Source: Phoronis australis
Taxonomy: Eukaryota; Animalia; Phoronida
NCBI GenBank assembly: GCA_002633005.1
Contig: NMRA01000026.1
Location: 1,446,710-1,510,709, forward strand
Direction of reading: 5' to 3'
DNA length: 64,000 nt
Shown here: in pieces, positions 50,611 to 63,008 of the stretch
Layout: every line of letters starts with the position of its first letter
Position numbering within the stretch: the stretch's first letter is position 1
Made by a program: the position numbers and the translations under genes
The notes under the pieces: model-generated
Told to the model about the DNA's origin: nothing
The model's database searches: none
The model's input: only the letters and a program-made list of their open reading frames with translations

Positions 50611-53600
50611 GCAGCCTTAGTCTAGTCACAGCCATCACGAAATTGCAGCACACATATTCCAAGTTTGTACTTACCGGTACATGTGCGCGCATGGGCCAAA
50701 TGGCGGTATCTAACGAGTTTTATCTAAAAGAAGTTGATTTACCCCCACTTGCTATTATGAAATCGGTCTTACCTTGTGCTATACTCAGATTAGAAATGAC
50801 TATTAGCGGCTTGAGCAGAACCGCTACAGGTCCGGTATTGCTTCACGCAAGCTCATTTGTCACGGCGGGTACTGAGAAGTCTCAGTCGCCAAAACAACAT
50901 ATGACTGTCCGAGGAACGCAGGTCAATCATTGTTACCAATTTCAATTCACAACGCGATGACGTGGCTTTGGAAGAGCAAAATACGACAGTGGTCGGAGAA
51001 AGTCGGTGTTTTAGCATAACATGGTTAGTGGCTTAGGCCGATCCTATCATGGTAATGAAATTTCGAAACCGATTTTGTTTGGATAAGTGGCCTAGTGTAG
51101 ATTTTAGAAACACAACAAATCTGCCCTTTTGTAACGGATTGCTAGTCTACGACAAGCTTCACTCTCCAGTATTTATCAAACTTACTCCTTGGTTATTGCC
51201 CGCTCATCCCGTCTGCTTTTCAATCCAGATCCGGATATCGCCACTGCTTCAATTACAGCCTGGGACTGAAGATCAATCTGAACACGAAGAACATTTTCCG
51301 TTAACATGGACCTTTATAACATTCGTACCAAGTTTACGGGAGGGAAAGAGTAAATTTTACAATTGGTCCCGGGCTCATCAGGATCCAACCCCCAACAGGA
51401 TCCGGCGAAGGAACGTAGTCTTTCAGAGTATTTTTTATGATTTGTAGGCTAGAGTTTTCTCAAAGTGGAGAGTTCTGGTCGTGCGTCAACTCTTGACTAT
51501 TTATGAATACGGGAAATGTATGAACACAAAAAACTAGCGAAGTTGCCCTTTTGTAAAAAAATTAACACAGTTTGCCCGACTCGGGGAAAATCTGAGCATG
51601 TCAAGTTTTCTCGGACTTACTAATGAAATTAAATGTCCGTTTTTAGGTATATGTTAAGCATTACATTGGCTCCTAACAAAAATACCCTCTGCCCCCAATG
51701 TACAAATCCAGCATTGTGTAACATACAAATCAAACTTGGACTTCTGACTTATATGTGCATGGCAACGAATAACTAGTATACATTTCTCCAATCGAAAATT
51801 ACCATCCATGATGGGATAGGTTGGAGTGGAGATTTTCTTTTGTGCGATCAGATTTCCGGCGAATAAATTTTCCCTGGAAATATGCCTCGTTCGTCAACAG
51901 CAAAATGGGACAGCAGATTTATAGTGACGACTCACAGAGCAGGCTTTTTGAGAAAAAAACAGACTACCCTTCCGCAAGCCGAGGGGTTTACCAAGTGAAC
52001 TTGTATGCTTTGACAGGGGAGTTCACTGAAATATGACATCAATACAGACCACTGGGAATTTACACGTTTCTCAACATACGATAGATATCTGCCGACTTGA
52101 TCAATGAAGAAAAATGACATGCCTTCGACCCACGTCAATTAGGGCGAACGATTGATTAAAATCTTACTGTTTGGCACGTTCAATAATTTGACACTGAACA
52201 CTGCCAGGCGTTCAGTTCTTCAAAGCAAGTGCTCTAATAATTATCACTCGCCAAGCCACTCAATATGACCACGTGCGTCAACACTGGCCTGTAGACAATT
52301 GTCTTAAGNCCATTTCACTACCAACTTTCACATGGTCAAAAATAGAATTATTTTATTCTTGGTCTTGCTACAACACCAATATCAGCTGGTACAGCACTCC
52401 CGATTGCCTGGTTACGCAATGCTTGTTGACAGGGTTAGATTAGAGCTAGTGTCCTTGTATATAAGCTCCGCCCCAGTTGTCAATCACTGAGCTGGTGAGC
52501 ACTCAAGCCATACGACTTACTGAGGCTTGGTCAAATATAGCTAAAAAAACAACTTTGGATTTTCAGAATGATTTTATTTTTCTTCAGTATACTGTGCATC
52601 AAGAATTAAAGATTAGGATGACATAAAAATGTAAAAAACAGTCAAAAGTATTTTTTTGTGTATCCACCTACCTTAAGGACAGAAGTGCATGATATACAAC
52701 GCTATGAACAGTGTTAATTCGGAACGGCGATTTATCCTTTAAATTTCGTATGGGGTAAATTTTACTAAACGGCATTTCTTCATCGTTTAGCTGCCAAAAA
52801 ACCCGAAAAAGTGAATTAGGCCACTCGAGCTGATAAAATCGGTCGCACAGTATAGCTTACTATGATGGACTCGACTTCCATTGCCAACAATAGCATCAAA
52901 CCATTAATAACTCACGAAAACATAGGATTGGCTAACCCAAGAATGACACATGTACGCATTGCCCGCGACTTGAGTAGCTGGCGCATTCGGCAACAACTCA
53001 AGTTTGCGTGAATTCTTTGGTTAAGAATTCATCAGCGACAGCTAAACATGGGCGAAATACTCCTTTAAATTTAGCGGCTACCAACCCGACTAGAAGTCAC
53101 ATTTTTTATTTAGATCACTTAATACTACGAAATTGGTCTCCAATTGCTCCTTAGTCAAATTAGCGGTGATTTCAGGGGTTTGCAAAAATATCAATTAGTT
53201 AACGTGTTGGTCGACACTAGACAATACAAGTTGGCGTGTTGGTCGAGACTAGACTCTACCATAGATATTAGGAATAATGAAATCAGTGTTGATTCTTCGT
53301 AAGCCAGGAAATTACTTCTAGTAATACATGTATATATTTATTTTAAGTATTCAAGTCCATAAACCCAAAGTATAGTTTTTACAAAATAATAATTCCAAAG
53401 AGGTACATTTACACTCATTTCTTTATGCAATGACGATTTATGTAAAAGCCGGTAATAAACAAAACTGATGTCATCTTTGTTAGGATTTGTCATATTAGTC
53501 ATGTAGTCAGCACAAGTTTTTAAGTCGGGCTCCGTACCGCTGCTCCCGGTCCCTATATTCCCCCTTCCCTATGTTCCCCAACTGATGTTCCCTCGTCCCT

Positions 53601-54644
53601 ATGTCAATCACTGGCCACTATAAGTTTCCTCAGTCCCCGCTCCGATGTCCCCCGGCCCTACCACATAGTTATAACGAGGTAATCGACGATTTTTGATTTT
53701 CAGTTGACTGTCACTCTAATGTTCCGTACTAAAGACAAGTAAGACTCATTTAAATAATCTATCTTAAAGTGTGAAAATATTTTGACTTAAAATTATCCAG
53801 TCTCAACGCCGCTCTGCCAACATACAAATTACTTCTCAGTCGTAATGTGAATAAAGAAAAAGTTGAGAGCAGTCACATAGCGGTAGCAGGTCAAAAATTT
53901 GAGTTCGCTATTTTGAAGGAACGCAGTTTTATAGCCGTTTTTAACCTTTTTGTTTTTCACTAGGCCTTCAAATAAATACACTCCTCCGCTTGTAGGCCAG
54001 GCTAAGATTTGGCCCCCTTAGCAACACAGTTGGTTCTGGTCTGTGTTTCATTGTTTAAGAATTGTACTTTTTGTAGTGACGCATTTTTTACCCGAAAAGT
54101 CACCAGATAGCTGCAATTATACTAGGACCCAATGTTTATGGTATGGAGTTTTTCCCAGCCGCTTCAGCATCCCAGTCCGACCAGTTCATAACTCAAGGTC
54201 ATATAAAAGATGAGCGACGGTAACATTTCGAGCAGCTTTTGAAAAAAGGAATTGGTTAACAGTGATTCAGGCAGATGCTTTTTCAGTAACAAGCGCAGTC
54301 TTCAAAATGAGTCGGGCACAGACCAGGTATTTTGGCTTATTTTTATGTCGGTCACTGCCAGGCGGGACCAACAACTTTGGCAATTTGCAAGTCCACCACC
54401 AGATGGCACTGTAAAGAACATTATGTTATATCACACAGGCAGGTAGATTAGTTATCGACGCGAAAGACTGTTGGAAAAATCCAAACACGATTAACAGAGA
54501 ATTCACGGTGTAAGAAATATTGTTTTGAACAAGGCTAAACGTTGCGTTCTTTACAATAAATATTATCTACGAAATGATATTAGTTGAATGTTTTAGATCA
54601 CTGTACACCTTCTAGATATTGCTATTGGACTCTTCCAGTTTTAA

Positions 54645-54686
54645 GTCACGTGACATCATTACTGCTCCATGGAGACGATAAACAAA
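54645..54686 (+). promoter_or_regulatory. Tektin promoter: E-box, RFX X-box-like site and forkhead (FOXJ1-type) site
   Basis: GTCACGTGAC (54645-54654), TGCTCCATGGAGAC (54663-54676) and TAAACAAA (54679-54686), about 130-170 bp upstream of the ATG. Confidence 0.55.
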
Positions 54687-54812
54687 TCGTCGTGAAAGAG
54701 TATCGCGATTTACGTAGAAACCATTCATTGAAGCTCACAGTGTACCTCGAGACGCGAGTAGGAACTTTTGAAGTCATTCTGTCGTAGTAACTTGTGAAAT
54801 CAGTTTCAAGAA

Positions 54813-55343
54813 ATGGCTGCACCGACCTTAGCAAGCCGTGAATTGCCACCAGAAAGGCCACAGACAAAATCTCTCGGACCCGTAGACTTTGAAACAACGT
54901 ACGTAGGAAACACTGGTAACGATCTAGGAATTTCTACTCTTGGATACCGGTCGGCGAAGTACAACCCCTCGGAGTGGCACGAGTCGAACTATGCCAAATA
55001 TTATCAGTCGTTTGCTGATCGCGACCGTGGTGAACACGTCAGGCACGAATCAAAACGCACTGAGAAGGAAACCGAGGTCCAAACACAGAGAACACAAACT
55101 GATGTCACAAAGAAATTAGGACAACGTTTACAAGACATCAATTTCTGGAAGTCTGAATTAAATCGGGAAATTGAGGACGTCATAGCAGAGACTGATCTCC
55201 TGCTCGCTCAAAAGAAACGACTGGAAAATGCGTTGTTGGCCACAGAAATCCCGCTGCACATTTCTACTGACAACCTTCACTGTAGGCAGAGAAGACAAGC
55301 CATCGACTTGGTACAAGACGAAGTGGAACTGGCTCTTCTCAAG
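54813..55343 (+). CDS. TEKT4: Tektin-4 exon 1
   Basis: MAAPT...GYRSAKYNPSEWHESN...QRLQDINFWKSEL...DLVQDEVELALLK|gtttgt. The GYRSAKY N-terminal motif is TEKT4-like. Confidence 0.93.
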
Positions 55344-55462
55344 GTTTGTACCTTGTTTAAATTTTGGATGAATAAAATTAAGATCTATAAAATTTTTGGC
55401 AACACGTGAATGATTAAAAAAGAAAAACGGATATCATGACGGTTTACTGGTTTTCTTTTCAG

Positions 55463-55533
55463 GAAGTTGAGATTATCAACAATGTACAAGATTTGCTAAG
55501 AAAGACCATTGACCAATCAAACAAACAAATCAG
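55463..55533 (+). CDS. TEKT4: Tektin-4 exon 2
   Basis: cag|EVEIINNVQDLLRKTIDQSNKQI ag|gtgagt, 71 bp. Confidence 0.92.
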
Positions 55534-55720
55534 GTGAGTTCTGAGATATTAAATGTTTTTCTATCAAAATTTATAAATTAACAATTGAGCAGCAGTTGCT
55601 ATATTGCCGCAATAGCTTACTTGAACTAATACTGTCTTTAACACCAAGGGGAATTTTTGTTTGTTCAAACCACTTTACCAAGAATGTGCCAGTTTTACAC
55701 TCAGACAATGTCATTTTCAG

Positions 55721-55864
55721 TGCCAATCGCGATGCCAAGCAAAATTTGGAGATGGACTGGAGTGACAAGGTTGAAGCTGAAGAAATTGATTCCATTAGTG
55801 GTGTGCTGAAGAATGTTCACACTAACAAGCAGTACTACACTGGGTCAGCCAAGTATCAGGAGAT
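55721..55864 (+). CDS. TEKT4: Tektin-4 exon 3
   Basis: cag|t ANRDAKQNLEMDWSDKVEA...AKYQE at|gtaagt, 144 bp. Confidence 0.93.
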
Positions 55865-56364
55865 GTAAGTGTTGACTATGGGTTAGTGCCCCAATATAAC
55901 TTAGACAGTAGTATTGTCCCAAGCCCAACTGGGAAGCTGTTGGACTTGTGAGAAAAGCACCCTCCTCGGGTAACAGAAGAACCTTATTGGCTCTGTACTT
56001 ATGCACCATATCATTTGAACATATGTACGTATCTTGTTGACACCTATCATCTGTTCCCAGCAATGATCTCGGCTTTAAATAAACTTTGTTGACTTGATGC
56101 TACTATTGCAGAATTTATGTTGACCAATGTGCATATTTGACCCTTCATTATAGGTTAGGTATTGATCCATCCCTTGTTTGATACAGCACCATGGGAAAGA
56201 TAACTTGCATTCCACAAATCACGAGGTTGCAATAATTCTTCCAAACTCATTCCTTGGTTCTTGGTTGGATATAAGATTCCATAGTCATGATTTCTTTTCC
56301 ATAGATTTGGTCCGACAGGTTTTTAAATTGCTCAGATTCCTGAGAATGTCCATTGTCTTTGCAG

Positions 56365-56587
56365 TCAGTCCACGCCGGAGTCATGGGCCCAGTACTCACA
56401 TGACAATATTGTGAGAGCAGAACACGAGCGTATGGCCTCCATCCAACTACGCACACTGATTGACAACATTCTCACAGATACATCACGTGACATGAGGGAA
56501 CAGTGTGATGTTGTGGACGTGGCTTTCCAGAAGCGCTGCGAAGAAATGGAGGATGCTAAAGCCAAGATGCAAGACAACCTTAGAAAG
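56365..56587 (+). CDS. TEKT4: Tektin-4 exon 4
   Basis: cag|t QSTPESWAQYSHDNIVRAEHERMASIQLR...DNLRK|gtgcat, 223 bp. Confidence 0.93.
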
Positions 56588-57029
56588 GTGCATTTTTGTG
56601 TTAATGCCATTATTATTGGATATTACAAAAACTCTTCAATATTTTTCACATGTATGTCCAGAGCAGTGAAACTTGGAGGATCAGTTGCTCACTATTTGAT
56701 TCTTTGCTGAACTTGGACAACATTCAGCAATGCGGTTGTACTAGTTCATGCATTTGGTTCTTAATATTGTTGAATTTCACCTTCATCAGTTAGATAAAAT
56801 CTCTCAATGCAGTTAAATATTTAGACCGGAGCAAACAATTCACAAAGTGGTGGCCTTGCATTTCCTTAAATCCAAAAAAGTGTTTTATTTTTCCACTCTT
56901 CACTGTTTGAGATAGCTGCGTAGATTTTTGTGGCTTCAGTATTTTGCATTTACAATTGAAAACAGAATTCTCACGTCACATTGCAAGTGTTCCAAGTCGT
57001 TTAATTGTGCTTGTTTTTCTACTTCACAG

Positions 57030-57184
57030 GTTTGTGGAGAAATTGACCGAATGGAGAAGAACATCCTGGAGGTGAAGCAGGCTATTCGTGACAAGGAGAA
57101 CCCGATGAAAGTATCACAGACTAGACTGGAGAACCGGTCATACCGTCCAGGTGTCGAGTTGTGCCGAGATGAGGTGCACCACAA
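57030..57184 (+). CDS. TEKT4: Tektin-4 exon 5 (tektin signature)
   Basis: cag|VCGEID...QTRLENRSYRPGVELCRDEVHH aa|gtaagt. RPGVELCRD matches the tektin nonapeptide RPNVELCRD. 155 bp. Confidence 0.95.
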
Positions 57185-58013
57185 GTAAGTAACCCCAACA
57201 CCTCATAGGGGGTACCCAGCTTTCAACCCCTAATGACACATTTTAAAGCTTTTTGCTAATTTACTCAATAGTAAGAAAAAAAATCACTGGGATTTCTTCA
57301 GTCATTATTTTTGGTAGAGGTCAGAGGAATGATGGAAATTACTGGGAACATCTCCCCTAATCCCTCTTCGATTTTTTGATGCACTCCATTGGCATGCAGT
57401 CAGTGAAACTAATTTATCTCAAATCTAAGGTTAGAAGTCATTGAGTCACAGAATCGTACAAAATTAGATATTTAGCTTTGGATTTTCTCACAAAAATCAG
57501 TGTTTTCCACAACCTAATTTGAGTTGTTGCAGAAGTGAATTGGAATTTTGCTGCACTGGGTTTGGCTCATGTGCATTGAATTTAAAAAAATAAGGCTAAG
57601 CAAGTTTGAACTCATAAATAAATAATGTCTTCAGCAAAACTGATCACCTTGACACCAGTTTAGTGTACTGGTTCCAAGTATCTACCAACACTCCCTCCCC
57701 ATTTCGTGAATTTTGTTATTCCCATAGAGTTTGAATTTTCTATCGTGGAGACCACTGACATTAGTCTAAGTAAGAATTATTAGTCTTCTCATACCACATC
57801 AACGCTGATTAATCATTTAGAACACAATTATATACTGATACCCGGGCGTTCATTTACATATTTCCCCATCTTCATTAACATATAAAGTTACTATTTATAT
57901 ATTAAACAGACATCTATAATTTTTATATCATACCTTATTTTGTCCTCAATCTAATAACTGAGTATAGATTTCTGACTTGTCTCGATGTGCAATTGCATCC
58001 GTGTTTGTTTCAG

Positions 58014-58233
58014 ACTGGTTGGAGAGGTGCAAGAAATAGCACAGTCTATTGATGCCCTGATGAAACAACTCAATGATTCAGAGAACACACTGAAACAGCT
58101 GCAAGATGACCGCATGACGCTGGAGAAAGAAATCTCTATTAAGAAGAATAGTATATTCATTGATCGTGAGAAGTGCATGACACATCGCACACGCTATCCT
58201 AATACAGTCAAACTGCAAGGATATAACAGTTAG
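58014..58233 (+). CDS. TEKT4: Tektin-4 exon 6 (last)
   Basis: cag|a LVGEV...LEKEISIKKNSIFIDREKCMTHRTRYPNTVKLQGYNS*. The six exons sum to 1344 nt (447 aa plus stop). Confidence 0.95.
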
Positions 58234-58537
58234 AGGACTCGAAATTACAAATTCTGTTGCAAAAGATGACTCAGTTAAGAACTTACCATCCAGCATAGTC
58301 AAATTTCAATGAATTGTCTCATTACTATATACACACTTTGATGTCTATTGAAATTTTATTAGCATAATTGCTTTTGAACTATTGCTCACCCTGTATATTT
58401 CAAATATATTGCAATATGCAGGATTCCAGTAAATGTATTATGATTAGTAAGTTAAACAGACATCACGGTATGACAAACTGGTTTTGTGTGCTTTTGTAAA
58501 ATAATCCAACCATTGAACTGTAAATTGAACATTATTT

Positions 58538-58543
58538 AATAAA
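58538..58543 (+). terminator. Candidate polyadenylation signal for tektin-4
   Basis: First AATAAA downstream of the stop codon, about 305 nt after it. Confidence 0.5.
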
Positions 58544-60675
58544 ATGTAAATACACAAAAGACCATGAAATTGGATGCTTTAGAAAAATCACAGGGTAACC
58601 TGTTTCACAGACATGTTCAGGATTTTGTTTATCATGCAGTCTAGTCACCACGGCTTGGAATGACCAATGACAAAAAAGGTAAAATTTCCACAAATAGGCT
58701 TGTGCTAAAGAAATATTTTTGTGTTGTAAAACTGAAATAAACGTTTTTGCATGAATAAAGTCAAAATAAATTGGATAAGAGGAAATCGAAACCAGAAAAG
58801 AGGAAATCCTCTTAAAAGAGAAAATTTCCTAGCTCTGTTTCACTCTGATGGAAGGCAACAGCCTCCTACAATGTACCACAACTGTTGTACAACAGATTAA
58901 TCGGTAAGAAAAACAGCTGGAAAACAAAGAACAAGCACATAAAAAGGAAATATGGGTGATGGGTTTTTGAATTGGCACTCTTTAGCAACAGATTTCTTAA
59001 TTTTATTCACTGATGTAATAAACCAGGATATTGATGATAATCAAACTTTTGACTTAACCACTTACCGGGAATGATTTCTGGCCTTTGGGAAAAAACAGTT
59101 CACTATTGGATTCCATGTTCAACAAGTTACGTCGAGATACTTAAGGTTCATGTCCACTAGTAAGTAATGGCAAGAAAGGTCACTATCGTACTGTCCAAAT
59201 GAATGGCTGAAGAGGCTAGAATGTTTAATTACACGAAGCTACATCTTTAAGGTAGAACTCCATAAGTGGAGGCTTCACACCATACGAGTATTGCATTACT
59301 AAGAAGCGCAGGACTCCCTAAGACTTGAAGCACGTATTGGATTTTATAATAGCACTACAGTATAAGTCACAACCCAGTTTATAACGTCTGCATGGTCACG
59401 TTTTACTCCACAAGCCTCAAGCCAACTGTATTACACAAACAATTGGGGCAAATGACTGTTGCACTCATGAATGCAGTTCCTCACTTAGAAACACAACTCA
59501 TGGGACTGGTTAGCCACGTTAGTAAGGCTTTGGCAGGCTCAGCCATACATCCCAGACAGAAAATTTGTGGCTACACAAATTATGCATCGTTCACTCGTCT
59601 TACGGGGTCTTTAAACTTACAGGACTGGGATATGAAAAAATGATACCCGACATATAGTCACTCACCTATTTACTTGGTGGAATGAAATTTCTCCACGTTG
59701 CTTTGTCAATAATTATGTTTGTACGCATGCTACAGGTCGCATTTTTTGATGACATTAACTCATGTATCTTGCTATAAAAAACTCAAGGCGATTTGTTTCA
59801 GGCAAAATTACACCACAGATGGCGGTGTGACAGCCATTTATCAGATTCCACTCTGGTCCTTTGAGGGATTCTTAAATTTGAGATGTAGCTAGATCTTGTC
59901 AAAGGCCATCTGTCGTAATATGCCACCTGTTTTTCGCCATTCCCGAGTTGTTCAAGATTTTCAGACTGGTCCTGCTCAGAATTGATTTCTCGTGAATCTG
60001 TGGCTTCCCACTACTGGTGTATTTTAAACCGAGTAAGCACAAATCTCAAGCGCTACCTGCATTGTGTGATGTGTTACCAATTCCAACACTTTGTTCTCAA
60101 CATACTTGAAACTTCCTATCCGATTTCTGTTCTATTGATTCCGAACTGCTCTTCTGTTTGTCACATGCTACAGGCCGCTTTTCATCTGATCTTCATAAAA
60201 TTTGGTACACATGAAAATCTCGAAACCGATTGCTCTTGTTCGAATCGAACGCAACCTGGCACTGTGATGGACATTCTTTTGATCATTCAAGTCCTTTGAG
60301 GGAATCTTCAGAATTCAGTACATAGAAAGATCTCAAGGGCTATCTCCGTTTCATTCATACACTTCAGCAATGGCCGTTTTCAATTTATTCAAAATTTTCA
60401 GATTGCTTTCATTGACAGATTCTTTGATGCAGATTTGTTGGTTTATCATTTACAGTACAAGACTGTTTCTTGATCATTTTTGTCATCACGCCTATCACCA
60501 TTTTTCATTCATTTTGCCAAGTTTTACTGTACAAGGGAGTCTACTCATTTTCGTCATTTTTCATTAAATTGTTTAGTTATTTTGCACGATACTCACTGGT
60601 TTAGCCTACACTGAATCTTCACCCTGAGGAGGAATAATTTCACCAAAATTAAAGATAAATTGATGCAATAAAAAT

Positions 60676-60681
60676 TTTATT
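60676..60681 (-). terminator. Candidate polyadenylation signal for the SAFB/SLTM-like gene
   Basis: TTTATT on + (AATAAA on -), about 255 nt past the stop codon. Confidence 0.5.
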
Positions 60682-60934
60682 ACAGTGGAATCCATTTACA
60701 ACATGTCAACCAAAACCAGTAGTACGACTTTCTAAAATTGCTCACGACAGACAATAATAGAAACAGGACTTCACTTAAAACAACTAAGTAATACAGCAGT
60801 CAAACTATCATGTTGATGAAAAACATTAACACGCACTTGACAACAGAAAATATAACCTTCTTTCATTATTTCAAGAAGATGATGCTACGCCATCATATGT
60901 ACACCTAAAATCCTTCAACCAATACATGTTTCCC

Positions 60935-61221
60935 TTAATATCTCCGTCCGCTACTAGACATGGTCTTATACGCGTCGAACCTGTTATCCTGTGCCCTCTG
61001 CGACAGAGCCCCAGCGCTCAACATAAGGTTAGCTGCCTGGGCAGCAGCTCCCAAATACATATTGCCTGTCTGCGGTACACTAAGGCTTGGAGTGAGCACC
61101 AGTGGCTGTACGTTAGTACGTGACGATACAGACGACGACCAACTGGCATCCTGCTGGCGCAGACCACTGTCTAGACCTGACTGGCGCCACGAGCTTCCCG
61201 ATTTGAAACTCTGCGAGTCAC
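60935..61221 (-). CDS. SAFB/SLTM-like RNA-binding protein, last coding exon
   Basis: tttcag|GDSQSFKSGSSWRQ...QDNRFDAYKTMSSSGRRY*. The RFDAYK...RRY C-terminus resembles SAFB-family proteins (from recall). The exon structure is solid; the identity is only moderately supported. Confidence 0.7.
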
Positions 61222-61593
61222 CTGAAAAGAAAGAGCTTGATGTCTTACAAATAACACACATACAGGTGAATGTGATGCTACAGTGTAACAGAGACTGAAA
61301 AGCAGAAGCAAAAGTGATAGAAATAATAAGCAAAAGTGAGAGTGCAACTACAACATTAAGAGGATACGGAGTTCAAAAAGCAAGATAGCAGCTCTGGTCT
61401 GGATCAAAAGCCATGCAAGCGGTTACAACTCCCAACACTGCATGAAGATGACCTCAATCAAAGCCAATCAACTAAAATCATGTAGCCCCGTTCACAGTTA
61501 AAAAACGCACGAACAGAAATGTATCATCAGGAAATTATGCGAGAAGCGCAAAAAATTTCTATTTGTCATTTTATGGTAAGAGAATAATTTTAC

Positions 61594-61773
61594 CTTTATA
61601 GTTGCGAGCACTGTGCCTATCTTTTGGTTTAGTGTCAGATTGCGATTGCGGTGTTTGGGAAGGTTTGCTGAGAGCGTCTGGCCATCTGTCTCGGCGACGA
61701 GATGGCCTGCTGGTCTGATCATGCTTATCAACGTCACTGTCTACTGAGATCTTTAACTGTGACCGTGGCTCTC
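61594..61773 (-). CDS. SAFB/SLTM-like protein, candidate cassette exon (180 bp, phase 1-1)
   Basis: tttag|GEPRSQLK...SRPSRRRDRWPD...RNYK g|gtaaaa. It is open and in frame with both flanking exons and has a similar R/S/D-rich composition. Confidence 0.55.
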
Positions 61774-62427
61774 CTAAATAGCCAGGATGCAAGATTGGCA
61801 GGGTTATGTGAAACTCGCATGGACAACAACATAGTCATCACCCCATGACAACATGCACAGAAATTTTAGAAATTTTCACACAACCGAATGGTTTCACAGC
61901 ATAGTTTCACACATTCTAAATGGAGAATAAGAATAGAGCAAACTATCATTTTCATCTTAAGTCTTAACAACTGCTTGAAGTGTCTCTTCTTCATTTACAA
62001 CTAAAGTATAACAACAAAGCCCAATACAAACTTAAGCAGATTGCTTAACTTAACAGTTAAGCTGTCAGTAAGATCAGCTGACCTGAATTACCTAAGTTAG
62101 ATTGTGAAGACCTCCTTAGATAAATGATGCAACATGCATGTTTCGACACTCCAGTTCAGCACTTGAAATCAAAGAGTATTAGATATCTAATATAGGATCT
62201 AATCCAACACACTGTACAGTACAGGGATATCACCGAATGGAAAGATTCGGACTTAAAAACATTCAGACCCCCATTAGTATCCACTTATCAGGAATGGCAC
62301 TCCACAGCAGTATGAAAAGCAGACTAAAATCACCGGGTATGTGAGTTTGAGAGTTGCTTACCGGATAATGTACACACAACCACACTAACACAAAACTTGA
62401 CTCCACCAGGAGCAAAGCTACACGTAC

Positions 62428-62493
62428 CTGACTGTCCTCCATAACTTCCAGATGCTCGGCCACGGTCATCACTTCTCCAGGAATCACGACCAC
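62428..62493 (-). CDS. SAFB/SLTM-like protein, internal exon (66 bp)
   Basis: tttcag|GGRDSWRSDDRGRASGSYGGQS g|gtacgt. Confidence 0.8.
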
Positions 62494-62796
62494 CTGAAAC
62501 AGAAAGACTTGCTAATCACAATACGCATAACAACCCCAAGCCAAAAATCAGATGCCCATTCAAGAAGGGGATTTTATGATCTGAACACCAAGATCACTCA
62601 GTACAACTATCTTTTAAACGCGCATGTACTACTAACAGCAAATTTCAACTCATATCTTCAATTCAACAAAATTAATTTCAAGCCCTACTGGGGTAACGGC
62701 TTTCAAAAACTCTTAGCTGACATAAACAGCACAACATAATGACAGTCATCAATCAAATGATACACGTGCCTCACCAACACTAGCTCACTGACTTAC

Positions 62797-63008
62797 CTTT
62801 TCCTTGGTCTTGATACCGGTCCTGTACAGTCCTTCGGTCACTCTGACCTTGAGTGGATGAGCGTTCAGACTTCCAGTCAGACCTGGAGTCAGTACGACGC
62901 TGGTCATCGCGCCCGTCACGGTTCGCCCTGCCTTGAAACTCTCGTCCGCCATTGGCAGTCCCGGCGTGGCGATCACTGCCTCGTGCCTGGGTCCTGTCAG
63001 TGCCGAAC
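62797..63008 (-). CDS. SAFB/SLTM-like protein, internal exon (212 bp); the gene continues beyond the window end
   Basis: gtcag|g FGTDRTQARGSDR...RRTDSRSDWKSERSS...DQGK g|gtaagt. R/D/G/S-rich low-complexity region. Confidence 0.8.

Noticed and set aside
50559-51447. 133-aa and 132-aa ORFs
   Set aside because: No recognisable motifs or splice structure; the first begins inside a MITE.
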